Shown: positions 1 through 8,665, counted from the stretch's first letter. The stretch: 32,000 bases of DNA from Acaryochloris marina MBIC11017 (GCF_000018105.1 NC_009925.1:2490001-2522000); one strand, 5' to 3'. Notes: generated by a model from the letters alone, not told the origin. A program made the numbers and translations.

Positions 1-1
1 C

Positions 2-1501
2 CAAGCCAAACGTCAGGCCACCATCCAAGCAAACCTGCCCGTTGAATATGGCCTAGAAGATGATCTAGATCGCCTACAGGGGATTGAAGATCTCTCCAGC
101 AATGATGCAGATATCAATCTGGATGAAGCCCTACTAGATGAAAATGCAGCGCCAGTCATTTCTTTAGTTAATAAAATATTGGCAAAAGCATTACAAAATG
201 GCATTTCTGATATTCATATTGAGCCGCAGGAAGACAATTTGCGCGTTCGTTTTCGCAAAGATGGCTTATTGCATAATGCGTTTCAGCCCCTACCTCGGCG
301 CATTGCCCCTGCCCTCGTCTCCCGTTTCAAAATCATCGCCAACTTAGATATCGCCGAACGGCGTTTACCCCAAGATGGTCGGATTCTCCGGTTATTTCAG
401 GGCCGCAAAGTTGACTTTCGTGTCAGTACCTTACCGAGTCGCTATGGCGAAAAGGTCGTTTTGCGGATCTTAGACAACTCATCGATGCAGCTAGGTCTCA
501 ACCATCTGATTGATGATCCGACCAGCCTCGCAATGGTCCGTGAAATGGTGGATCGGCCTTTTGGGTTGATTTTGGTGACCGGCCCTACTGGTTCGGGTAA
601 AACGACGACCCTATATTCAGCCTTGACGGAGCGCAATACTCCCGAAGTCAATATCAGTACCGTTGAGGACCCCATTGAATATACGCTGCCGGGGATTACC
701 CAGGTACAGGTCTTGCGGGAAAAAGGCATGGACTTTGCCTCCATTCTGCGGGCCTTTCTACGGCAAGACCCTGATGTCCTACTCGTGGGTGAGACCCGAG
801 ACAAGGAAACGGCTAAAACGGCGATTGAAGCCGCGTTAACGGGACACTTAGTGTTAACAACCCTACACACCAACGATGCAGCCAGTGCCATTGTTCGTTT
901 GGCAGAAATGGATGTTGAACCGTTTATGGTCTCAGCGTCCTTATTGGGTGTGGTGGCTCAACGACTCGTCCGCCGCCTCTGTCCAGACTGTCGAATTCCC
1001 TATCGTCCTTCCCCAGAAAAGCTAGCTCAGTTTGGGTTAATGGCTTCGGCCAAAACAGAAATCACCTTTTACAAGGCCAATACCTCTACGTCTGACGATA
1101 TTTTGGCAACGGCAAATACAGAGGATGCCTGTCCCACCTGTTCCGGTATCGGCTATTCCGGGCGATGCGGGGTCTATGAAGTTATGCAGGTGACCGAAAA
1201 GTTAAAGGGACTAATTACCGAAGGTGCACCAACAGAGCATATCAAGGAAGTGGCTGTTGAAGAAGGGATGCAAACCTTGTTGGCTTATAGTTTGAAGCTG
1301 GTTGAGCAAGGCGCTACATCCTTAGAAGAAGTAGAACGGGTGACCTTCTCTGATAGCGGCTTGAAAACGGAGCTCAAGGCAAAGCGAAAAACAGCCCTCA
1401 ACTGTCATGTTTGCAATGCAGGACTCTTACCGGAGTGGTTAGACTGTCCCTACTGCCTAACGCCCAGGTTTGCAGAGCATCATCCAGCCAATCAACTCTA
1501 A
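2..1501 (+). CDS. Type II secretion / type IV pilus assembly ATPase (GspE/PilB family), 5' end cut by the window edge
   Basis: The frame is open from nt 2. AAPVISLVNKILAKALQNGISDIHIEP is the conserved start of the GspE N2 domain, so the track Met at 179 is internal. Motifs seen: Walker A GPTGSGKTT, Asp box/Walker B DPDVLLVGETRD, His box TGHLVLTTLHTND, tetracysteine CPDC...CPTC...GRCGVYE. Confidence 0.9.
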   Translation, partial: QAKRQATIQANLPVEYGLEDDLDRLQGIEDLSSNDADINLDEALLDENAAPVISLVNKILAKALQNGISDIHIEPQEDNLRVRFRKDGLLHNAFQPLPRRIAPALVSRFKIIANLDIAERRLPQDGRILRLFQGRKVDFRVSTLPSRYGEKVVLRILDNSSMQLGLNHLIDDPTSLAMVREMVDRPFGLILVTGPTGSGKTTTLYSALTERNTPEVNISTVEDPIEYTLPGITQVQVLREKGMDFASILRAFLRQDPDVLLVGETRDKETAKTAIEAALTGHLVLTTLHTNDAASAIVRLAEMDVEPFMVSASLLGVVAQRLVRRLCPDCRIPYRPSPEKLAQFGLMASAKTEITFYKANTSTSDDILATANTEDACPTCSGIGYSGRCGVYEVMQVTEKLKGLITEGAPTEHIKEVAVEEGMQTLLAYSLKLVEQGATSLEEVERVTFSDSGLKTELKAKRKTALNCHVCNAGLLPEWLDCPYCLTPRFAEHHPANQL

Positions 1502-1546
1502 AGGGTGTTGTCCCAAAAGAGATCGGGCTATGGCAAGCTGTGAACT

Positions 1547-2701
1547 GTGAGCTTGCCCCGTTTGCTATTCCTGACTGAACGTTTTCCACCCGATATGGGC
1601 GGCGTCGCCCGCAGTGCGGGGCGGATTGTCACCTCTATTCAAAGCTTGGGAATTGCCGTAGATGTGGTGACCTGGAGTCGGTATCTACAGCCAGGGGAGG
1701 TGAGCGCCGAGCAGGTCGGCTCAGGCCGAGTCTATCGACTGGGGTTGTATCGTCATTGGGATGCAACAATGCCCCATACCCTTAATATTTTGGATGGCCT
1801 ACATCAAGCGTCTCCCTTTGAGGCTGTTTGGGGGCATTATTTATTTCCTGCTGGTTTTTTAGGGGTGTGGTTTGGCCGACAACATCAAATACCGACGCTG
1901 GTGAGTGCACGGGGTAACGACATCGATCGAGAACTATTTCCCCCTGGAGACTTTGCCCGCTTGCAGTGGACACTCACCCATGCCTCAACCCTCACAGCAG
2001 TCAGTCACGACATGGCCCGTAAGATGCAGATGGTGAGCGACCGCACCCCTATCACTGTTCTTCCTAATACCCTCGATTGTGAGATTTTTCATCCTCTCCC
2101 ACCTCATGACCTGCAAGACCTACGCCACAATTTAGGCATTGTCGATCAAGAAGTCGTTTTGGGGTTTTCAGGAGAGCTGCGAGAAAAGAAAGGTCAGGGA
2201 TTTTTATTACAAGCCCTCGCTCAGCTCCGAGCCCAGCGGCCAGTCTGTCTGTTGATTATCGGCGAGCTGCGTTCAGCTGCCCAATCATTGCTGCAAACGT
2301 TTGCGATTGACCATCCTGATCATGCGGCTCGGGTGATTGTCACTGGCCAGTTATCAGACCCTGAGGTGATCGTTCAGCACTTAAATCTCTGTGATATCTA
2401 TCTGCAGCCGTCTTTGTGGGAAGGTATGCCTAATGCACTGCTAGAAGCCATGGCCTGTGAACGTTGCTGTATTGCCAGTGATGCGGGTGGCATCCCAGAG
2501 GTGCTGGAGTCGGGACACACGGGATGGGTCATACCGCGATCGCAACTGCATCACTTAGGCGATGCCATTCTAGACTGTCTTTCTCTTTCGGTGGAGGAAC
2601 GACGACAGATGGGACAACGCGCCCGACAATTTGTTCAAACCCACCATGCCCCCTCTCAGGAGAAAGTCCAGCTCCAACAACTGTTGCAACAGATTGTATG
2701 A
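1547..2701 (+). CDS. Group-1 (GT4-like, GT-B fold) glycosyltransferase
   Basis: GTG start. The N-terminus LLFLTERFPPDMGGV is typical of GT4. The C-terminal donor-binding region is PSLWEGMPNALLEAMACERCCIASDAGGIPEV...GHTGWV. Confidence 0.8.
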   Translation: MSLPRLLFLTERFPPDMGGVARSAGRIVTSIQSLGIAVDVVTWSRYLQPGEVSAEQVGSGRVYRLGLYRHWDATMPHTLNILDGLHQASPFEAVWGHYLFPAGFLGVWFGRQHQIPTLVSARGNDIDRELFPPGDFARLQWTLTHASTLTAVSHDMARKMQMVSDRTPITVLPNTLDCEIFHPLPPHDLQDLRHNLGIVDQEVVLGFSGELREKKGQGFLLQALAQLRAQRPVCLLIIGELRSAAQSLLQTFAIDHPDHAARVIVTGQLSDPEVIVQHLNLCDIYLQPSLWEGMPNALLEAMACERCCIASDAGGIPEVLESGHTGWVIPRSQLHHLGDAILDCLSLSVEERRQMGQRARQFVQTHHAPSQEKVQLQQLLQQIV

Positions 2702-2727
2702 GGGGTCTTCGCTAACTTTTATAACTG

Positions 2728-3903
2728 CTAGTCGCAGCTCTCCAACAAGGTCTGGTAACAGTCAATCAGCTTATGGGTCGCTTGCTGCCAGGTGAACTGT
2801 TGCGTGATCTGCGATCGCGCATTCTGAGACAACTGCATACCTAGCTCTGGATGAGCTCTGAGTCGAAGCAACCCATCTTTAATGGCTTTGGCAGAACCGG
2901 GGTGAACCGCCAAAAAATGGGTATCCGACATCCCTAATTCACGCACCACTGGCAGATCACTAGTAATGACAGGCGTGCCAGATGCCATCCCCTCCAACAC
3001 TTTTAATGGACAACAGCCTTGAGTACAGTTGCGATCATTCGGTTTTAATGGGGCGAGAATCACGTCCGCAGTATGCATTTGTAGACAGAGATCGGACTGG
3101 GACAGCGGTTCCAGAATATTCAGGCGCTTGTCTACACCTAATTTAGTCGCGAGTTTAGTCAGCACTCTCACCTGTTTAGGTTTTGCGGGTCCTACAACCG
3201 TCAGAGTGGCGGGGAAGTCTCGGCAGAAAAGCCCCAACGCTTCAACGGCTAAATCCACCCCTTGCCAAGCGGATAACGTGCCAAAGTACAGCAAATGCAA
3301 GCTCTCAGGGTCTAGCTGCGAAGCTTGGTACGGGAAAAAGTCGAGATTCACACCATTGGCAATCACCTGAATTTTGGTTGGAGAGACGCCCCGCTGAATT
3401 AAATAGTCACGAGTCACTTGACTCACGGTGAGGACTCGATCCGCTTGCTCTAAACACAGATCTTCTTGAGCGATCAGCTTATGCATCAGTTCGCGATCAT
3501 CTGCCACTCGCGGATAGCGGTATTTCAGCTCAATAGACGGTAAACCATTCACTTCCAAAATCAAAGCTTGGCAATACTTTGACTTTTGCAGTGCAATGGG
3601 GAATCCTTCATACATTGACCGCACATGAATGACATCAAACCATTGGCCTACCAACCATTGTTCAAGTCGCTGGCGAAATGTAATTACCCGGTCAATTAAG
3701 GTCTTACCGCTGGTGGGAAGAGCGGTATGTATCACTCCTGGCCATCGCTCTACGGTCGGGGATATCTCCAGCGTGGGGGCAACACTGACGAACTGGACTG
3801 AACCACACCATTGAGCAAGGGCTTGAGTAAAAGCAGCAATATGGATCGCAGCTCCTTTAGGAGCAGGAACTACATCAAAACAAAGATAAGCCAACTTGGG
3901 CAT
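2728..3903 (-). CDS. Group-1 (GT-B fold) glycosyltransferase
   Basis: 391-aa ORF, convergent with the previous GT across a 26-nt gap. The C-terminal CPLKVLEGMASGTPVITSDLPVVRE matches the GT-B group-1 nucleotide-sugar binding region. Confidence 0.7.
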   Translation of the reverse strand: MPKLAYLCFDVVPAPKGAAIHIAAFTQALAQWCGSVQFVSVAPTLEISPTVERWPGVIHTALPTSGKTLIDRVITFRQRLEQWLVGQWFDVIHVRSMYEGFPIALQKSKYCQALILEVNGLPSIELKYRYPRVADDRELMHKLIAQEDLCLEQADRVLTVSQVTRDYLIQRGVSPTKIQVIANGVNLDFFPYQASQLDPESLHLLYFGTLSAWQGVDLAVEALGLFCRDFPATLTVVGPAKPKQVRVLTKLATKLGVDKRLNILEPLSQSDLCLQMHTADVILAPLKPNDRNCTQGCCPLKVLEGMASGTPVITSDLPVVRELGMSDTHFLAVHPGSAKAIKDGLLRLRAHPELGMQLSQNARSQITQQFTWQQATHKLIDCYQTLLESCD

Positions 3904-3985
3904 AAATGAGGAATTAGCGATAAATGCAGCTATATCTTATGCTAGGGCTTGATTAGGAGCCATCCAGTCTGGGGGAAGGTGTTAT

Positions 3986-4906
3986 ATGTCTCTCAATCTT
4001 GCAAGATTTAGGCTAAAGCTGAAGTACAAACACATTGGTTTTGCGAGCGAGATCCAGACTGACTTAGCGAAATTGGAGGATCGAGTTCAACAAGCACAAG
4101 CTCGACATCATCTTTACAACTACATTGCCCGTTTTGCTTGGATCGGATTAATTGGCTCGTTTGTGTTCGGGGTGTTTGGCTCGGTACTACTGGAGCAGCC
4201 ATTGTCACCATTATTTTGGCTATTTCTCTTCTCTTTGGGGGTGCTGTTGGTTCTAGGGATTTTGAAATTATTTGAACGCCCCTGGTTGATCCCTAAAGAG
4301 CGGTATATGCTCCCTCTGGGACTCATCAAAAAAGTTATCCGTGATATGGAGCTAGAGCCTTCGCTCCACTTGTCCCTCAATTGCTCTCCTGTCATCGCAA
4401 AGCGTAAACGAATTGACACGATACCCGATCCGAAGCGAGACAGGTGGAAAATCGACCGTTATGCAGATCCTTGGTTATTGCTAGAAGGTCAGTTTTTGGA
4501 TCAAACCGTCTTTACCTTGACGTTGACAGAACTCTACATTGAAAAACATGGCTGGAAACGGAGTCGTAGCGGCAAGACCAAACACAAACGGAAGAGCAAG
4601 CCCAAAGGGTTATCCCTCACTTTAACGTTACGGTTTCAGCGCAAGAAGTATGGCGCGGTTACTGTCTTAAAAGACTCCCTGAAAGATGCCCTAGAACTCC
4701 CCCCGACCGCGCGAGTCAAACGGATAAAAGTCAGCGATCGCACCCTATCTCTCACGGTGAAGATGCCTCCCTATCCACCTCTAAAACGTTTTGAGGTTGA
4801 TCAAAACGTTGATGTTAAACAAGTTGAAGAGTTGATCACACAGATGTTTTTGAGTCTGTACCATGTGCTCAATTTGGCGCAAAAGTTATCAAAAGTGACA
4901 TTATGA
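3986..4906 (+). CDS. Hypothetical membrane protein (two predicted TM helices, polybasic stretch)
   Basis: 306-aa ORF. Hydrophobic segments are FAWIGLIGSFVFGVFGSVLL and LFWLFLFSLGVLLVLGILKLF. There is a KRSRSGKTKHKRKSKPK basic patch. I recognise no family. Confidence 0.5.
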   Translation: MSLNLARFRLKLKYKHIGFASEIQTDLAKLEDRVQQAQARHHLYNYIARFAWIGLIGSFVFGVFGSVLLEQPLSPLFWLFLFSLGVLLVLGILKLFERPWLIPKERYMLPLGLIKKVIRDMELEPSLHLSLNCSPVIAKRKRIDTIPDPKRDRWKIDRYADPWLLLEGQFLDQTVFTLTLTELYIEKHGWKRSRSGKTKHKRKSKPKGLSLTLTLRFQRKKYGAVTVLKDSLKDALELPPTARVKRIKVSDRTLSLTVKMPPYPPLKRFEVDQNVDVKQVEELITQMFLSLYHVLNLAQKLSKVTL

Positions 4907-4990
4907 GAAGCTCTTCTCTGAAAGCCGTTTTGCCGATGAATGTCTGACTTATTGACGGGAAATAAGCTCACAATGTTGAGAATGCCTTGA

Positions 4991-6289
4991 CTATAACGTT
5001 GAGCGAATCTGATCGACCGCCTGTTGGAATGGTTCGAAGTCAATTGCTTTGCCAATGGCTTCAGCCTGGGCCAACGATTCTTCTACACCATCTAAGTCGC
5101 CTAGCTGTTGTTGGGCAGAAACAATAAACATTAACAAGTTACGACCTTGACAATATTGATCACCAATTTGCTGAAAAATAGTTTGAGCAGAGTGATAGTA
5201 ATCCATTGCTTGTGCTGGACGGTCTTGCAAACTTCCTAAACCCAATAAGGTATTGGCTTCCCCCAGCCGATCACCCACCTCGCGATACAGACGCAACGCT
5301 TCGTCATAGCGTTCTAAGGCCTCTTGACTTTGCTTGAGAAATTGGAGGACATCACCCAGGGCTTTTAACGTATTGGCTTCCCCCAGCCGATCACCCACCT
5401 CGCGATACAGACGCAACGCTTCGTCATAGCAAATACCAGCCTCGCGGGCGTTATATCTACGTTCAAAATAGAGATTACCCAGTTGTTTTAAACTGGTGGC
5501 CAATTCTGCGGGCAAATCCAGTTTTTCTAATAATTGCACGGCTCGTTTATAGACCTGGATGGCAAACTCACGATTTTGCCTGCTTTGACTTCGCTTCGTA
5601 TAAACTTGCCCCAATTGAGCATACAGGTCTACTAATTGGGCTGAATCTTTATCGGCCCGCTGCTCCAGTGATTCAATCAGGCTCATCAACGCTTCTATAT
5701 CAGGATCTAACCCCCTAGTTGTCGCTTTTTCCGTCGCCTTGGAAGCCGTAGATGTTAAGAGAGCCGCATCACTGGGGTCAACGCCAAACCAAAAAACGCC
5801 ACTGCGCCAACTCCAAAAATCAGGTGATTGCTCTGCTAATAAACGCACCACCTTGCGATTGACCCAGAGCACAACCGGAAACCGAAATTGCCGCAAAGCT
5901 TCTCGGGTCCATTGCAAGTACCCTAGAAATCGGGCTTGCTGAGACTCTGGGATCGCCAACATTGGCGGCAGTAAATCTCCAATCCCTAGCACCGTGACCA
6001 CTGCAGGCTGATGCTCCTGTAAAACAGGCTGTTGATCGACCAACTGCTCTAATCCCGTCCGCAAACTGGGGTCTTGACGGTTAATAAACAACCGAAAGGC
6101 ATGTACCCCCTGTTCCCGTAAAGCTTGCTCATAGTCCTCAATTACGGCAGTTTGCAAGTTACGGTTTTCTGCCACGGCAATCAGTAACCCCAATTGCCCC
6201 TGATTCGCCTCTAGGGCAACTAGCAGCCGCAGGTATTGGCGTTGTTCTTCCGCAGAGCGCTCAATGGTGGGCATCCTCAGCACTCCCAT
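4991..6289 (-). CDS. TPR-repeat protein with an unassigned ~175-aa N-terminal alpha/beta-looking domain
   Basis: The C-terminal half is made of 40-42 aa TPR units of the kinesin-light-chain-like type (LGNLYFERRYNAREAGICYDEALRLYREVGDRLGEANTLKALGDVLQF...). Its start overlaps the end of the upstream ATPase gene. Confidence 0.85.
   Translation of the reverse strand: MGVLRMPTIERSAEEQRQYLRLLVALEANQGQLGLLIAVAENRNLQTAVIEDYEQALREQGVHAFRLFINRQDPSLRTGLEQLVDQQPVLQEHQPAVVTVLGIGDLLPPMLAIPESQQARFLGYLQWTREALRQFRFPVVLWVNRKVVRLLAEQSPDFWSWRSGVFWFGVDPSDAALLTSTASKATEKATTRGLDPDIEALMSLIESLEQRADKDSAQLVDLYAQLGQVYTKRSQSRQNREFAIQVYKRAVQLLEKLDLPAELATSLKQLGNLYFERRYNAREAGICYDEALRLYREVGDRLGEANTLKALGDVLQFLKQSQEALERYDEALRLYREVGDRLGEANTLLGLGSLQDRPAQAMDYYHSAQTIFQQIGDQYCQGRNLLMFIVSAQQQLGDLDGVEESLAQAEAIGKAIDFEPFQQAVDQIRSTL
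5250..5430. repeat. Two identical 61-bp copies (5250-5310 and 5370-5430) with a 120-bp period, inside the TPR gene
   Basis: Direct reading: gtattggcttcccccagccgatcacccacctcgcgatacagacgcaacgcttcgtcatagc occurs twice without mismatch. It encodes YDEALRLYREVGDRLGEANT twice. Confidence 0.95.
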
Positions 6290-7607
6290 AGTCCATCGTT
6301 GGCAGCAATTGCTCTAGCTGGAGATGTTTTTTCACAATCGGATGCACATCGTACCAGACCTGATTGTTGCGATATTCCAAGATATATAAACCGTGCAACA
6401 GCAGGGCAAAATCTTCATCATCGACTTCTTCTGGCTTAGCCTCTTTATAGGTTTTGACTAAAATCTCAGACCGCCGCTTGCCCAAAGACAGAGAAAATTC
6501 ATTCCGCAGTTCCTGCACAGCCAGGTCCAGCACCTGAGCATCAATTTTCATCTCAGTCCGTTCCGGCTCCAGCCGCAGCAGCAGCGAACATTGACTGAAA
6601 CATTCCCGAGCAATCCGCACCATTTCCCGCAATACTCCTCCACTCAGCAACACAATCTGCCGGGCCGTTTGCGGAGACATTACTTCTGACCAGTGCTCAC
6701 CAAAGCGACGTTCTAATACTTTGAGAAAAATATCGACCTTGCGTTGATCCGGCTGCTGTTGAAGATGACGATCGGCCTTAGTAAAAAATTTAGCAACTCC
6801 CATTTGCAAAATCGGACGACCACAAGCCGACTGCAAAATCGTGCGGAGTTCAATATCTCTGACCACGGCTATCGGAATAGTAAACACCATCCGCATTTTG
6901 GGCTGAAAAAGCGCCAGGATATTGTTCTTGTAAATTTCCTCCACCAGTTTCCAATCCAATTTATCCAGATCATCAATAATTACCAATAGGGGCCGGATTG
7001 CATGATGCTGAATCAGGTCAGCTATCTCTTCTATTTTGGCTACCAGTTCAGAGATACGCCGCTCATAGGTGCGTTTAATTTCTTCCCTAAAGGTGGATTC
7101 CGTTTGTAGCTTAGCGGTCAAAACTTTCAGAACATCGCCACCAATCCCAATTTGAGATTTGAGATCCTTAGTTTCAGTGGTGGAGTGAGTGGTAATGAAC
7201 CAATTTAAAATCTCTTCCTGAGTGGTCGAGGGAATATCCACCTCGGACTCACTCGCCTTACTCAGAAGCTGTAAAGCGATAGCATAAAGAATATTGACAT
7301 GATCCACTGCCGACATTTCCACCATGTCAGAGATGGAAAAGCGCACGACAAAATAGCGAGGCTCTCGCTCTGGATCACTCATCAGGCGGCCAAACTGGGC
7401 GAGTAGCGTTGACTTCCCACACCCCCGATGTCCTGCAAAAATGATTTTGCCGTCTTTTGGAGCATCATCCACAGCCTGCTCTAGCCGCACCAATGCATCC
7501 TGACCATAATCGACGCGAAATGACTCAACTTCGTCGTCAGACAATAAGGGAAATAAATCTAAATCCCGATAAGCCTGCCGAAAGGTTGCTAGAAGGGGGT
7601 TATTCAT
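6261..7607 (-). CDS. P-loop NTPase, STAND/AAA+-like (nucleotide-binding domain plus winged-helix-like C-terminus), no sensor or effector domain
   Basis: Walker A is GHRGCGKST (nt 7407-7433). Walker B is LLVIIDDLD (nt 6963-6989). The C-terminal LLLHGLYILEYRNNQVWYDVHPIVKKHL resembles the WH/MHD-like end of STAND modules. The stop lies 14-29 nt inside the next ORF. Confidence 0.75.
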   Translation of the reverse strand: MNNPLLATFRQAYRDLDLFPLLSDDEVESFRVDYGQDALVRLEQAVDDAPKDGKIIFAGHRGCGKSTLLAQFGRLMSDPEREPRYFVVRFSISDMVEMSAVDHVNILYAIALQLLSKASESEVDIPSTTQEEILNWFITTHSTTETKDLKSQIGIGGDVLKVLTAKLQTESTFREEIKRTYERRISELVAKIEEIADLIQHHAIRPLLVIIDDLDKLDWKLVEEIYKNNILALFQPKMRMVFTIPIAVVRDIELRTILQSACGRPILQMGVAKFFTKADRHLQQQPDQRKVDIFLKVLERRFGEHWSEVMSPQTARQIVLLSGGVLREMVRIARECFSQCSLLLRLEPERTEMKIDAQVLDLAVQELRNEFSLSLGKRRSEILVKTYKEAKPEEVDDEDFALLLHGLYILEYRNNQVWYDVHPIVKKHLQLEQLLPTMDYGSAEDAHH

Positions 7608-7767
7608 AGGTAATGAATCGTGCTGGCCTTCATCATACCCAACCTCAGCAATTCAAATGCAAAAAATACTAACCAATACACGGTTCACACCGTTCAATGC
7701 CCATTCCCTGACATTCTGATATGAATTCATTTCTCCAGTGGCGAAATCATAATCATGGTTTATCTTA

Positions 7768-8665
7768 GAGGCTGTTTGAGAAGTTTTAGTGCTCCTGCGC
7801 TAGCCTTCGAACCATGAGTCGAATCATCGCCACATAAACAAGCGCTTCAGCCGTCCTAGTCAGCACCTCATAATCTTTATTAAGACGTCGAGACCACAAC
7901 AACCATCCAAACGTCCGTTCTACAATCCATCGTTTGGAAACAACCTGAAACCCCGCTAGATTATCTGAGCGTTTGATCACTTCCAAGACATATTGAGAAC
8001 GGTCCATTACCCACTTCATCAAAGCTTGTCCTTGATAGCCAGCATCGGCCCATATCCGAACTAGACGGGACAAACTCGCACCTTGGCGTCGAGCTTTCCA
8101 AAACAGTATTTTGGCCCCTCGTTGGTCAGAGATATTGGCAGCAGTGACCATCACCATCAAAACCAGCCCTAAAGTATCAACGAGCACATGACGTTTACGA
8201 CCTTTGACCATTTTCCCACCATCAAACCCAATCGAGTGACACCGAGGATTGCCGACTTTAACCGATTGAGCATCGCAGATGGCGGCACTGGGACTTGGAT
8301 GACGGTCTTCACTCACCCGCTCTTGCATGCGCAGATGTTCATTGATGTGGACCCAAGTCCCATCATCGCGCCACCTTCGAAAATAGCTATAGACCGTTGA
8401 CCAACAGGGAAAATCATGGGGTAGCTGTCTCCACTGGCAACCCGTAACCACAAGATAAAAAATGGCATTGAGAACACTGAGCATATCAGTGGTGCGAGGT
8501 CTACCTCCAGGTTTAGCAGCAGGAATCAAGGGCTCAAGTAATTCCCATTGCAGGGTGGTGAGGTCGCTATCATATGCTGTAGGCATTGCTCTCTAGGTCC
8601 TGTCCAGTGTTTGTGTATTGACAGATTAGTACCTTGAGAGCTTTACTCACTTCTCAAACAGCCTC
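7768..8665 (-). mobile_element. IS5-family insertion sequence (short IS1031/IS427-like type), complete, 898 bp
   Basis: Perfect 17-bp terminal inverted repeats: gaggctgtttgagaagt at 7768-7784 and its reverse complement at 8649-8665. Flanking 3-bp direct repeat TTA at 7765-7767 and 8666-8668. A single transposase ORF lies inside. Confidence 0.9.
7786..8586 (-). CDS. IS5-family DDE transposase
   Basis: The N-terminal LTTLQWELLEPLIPAAKPGGRPR is a DUF4096-type HTH. The DDE region contains VDTLGLVL...IWADAGYQG...KRWIVERTFGWL..RRLNKDYE. Confidence 0.9.
   Translation of the reverse strand: MPTAYDSDLTTLQWELLEPLIPAAKPGGRPRTTDMLSVLNAIFYLVVTGCQWRQLPHDFPCWSTVYSYFRRWRDDGTWVHINEHLRMQERVSEDRHPSPSAAICDAQSVKVGNPRCHSIGFDGGKMVKGRKRHVLVDTLGLVLMVMVTAANISDQRGAKILFWKARRQGASLSRLVRIWADAGYQGQALMKWVMDRSQYVLEVIKRSDNLAGFQVVSKRWIVERTFGWLLWSRRLNKDYEVLTRTAEALVYVAMIRLMVRRLAQEH

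Noticed and set aside
442-891. A 149-aa antisense ORF inside the GspE/PilB gene. Similar track ORFs lie at 13-204, 1398-1589, 1782-1973, 3029-3431, 4008-4419, 5739-5942, 6744-6989, 8188-8400, 15469-16693, 17239-17520, 18114-18362, 28089-28528 and 30263-30579.
   Set aside because: They lie wholly within, and opposite to or out of frame with, strongly supported genes. They have low-complexity Arg/Ser/Pro-rich translations and no recognisable motifs. These are typical shadow ORFs.
2-3903. The idea that the GspE/PilB ATPase plus two GT4 genes constitute a hormogonium-polysaccharide-like (hps) secretion locus.
   Set aside because: No pseudopilin, platform or export genes are visible in the window and the second GT is convergent. 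Adjacency alone is insufficient. I kept only the narrower observation about the ATPase C-terminal tail.
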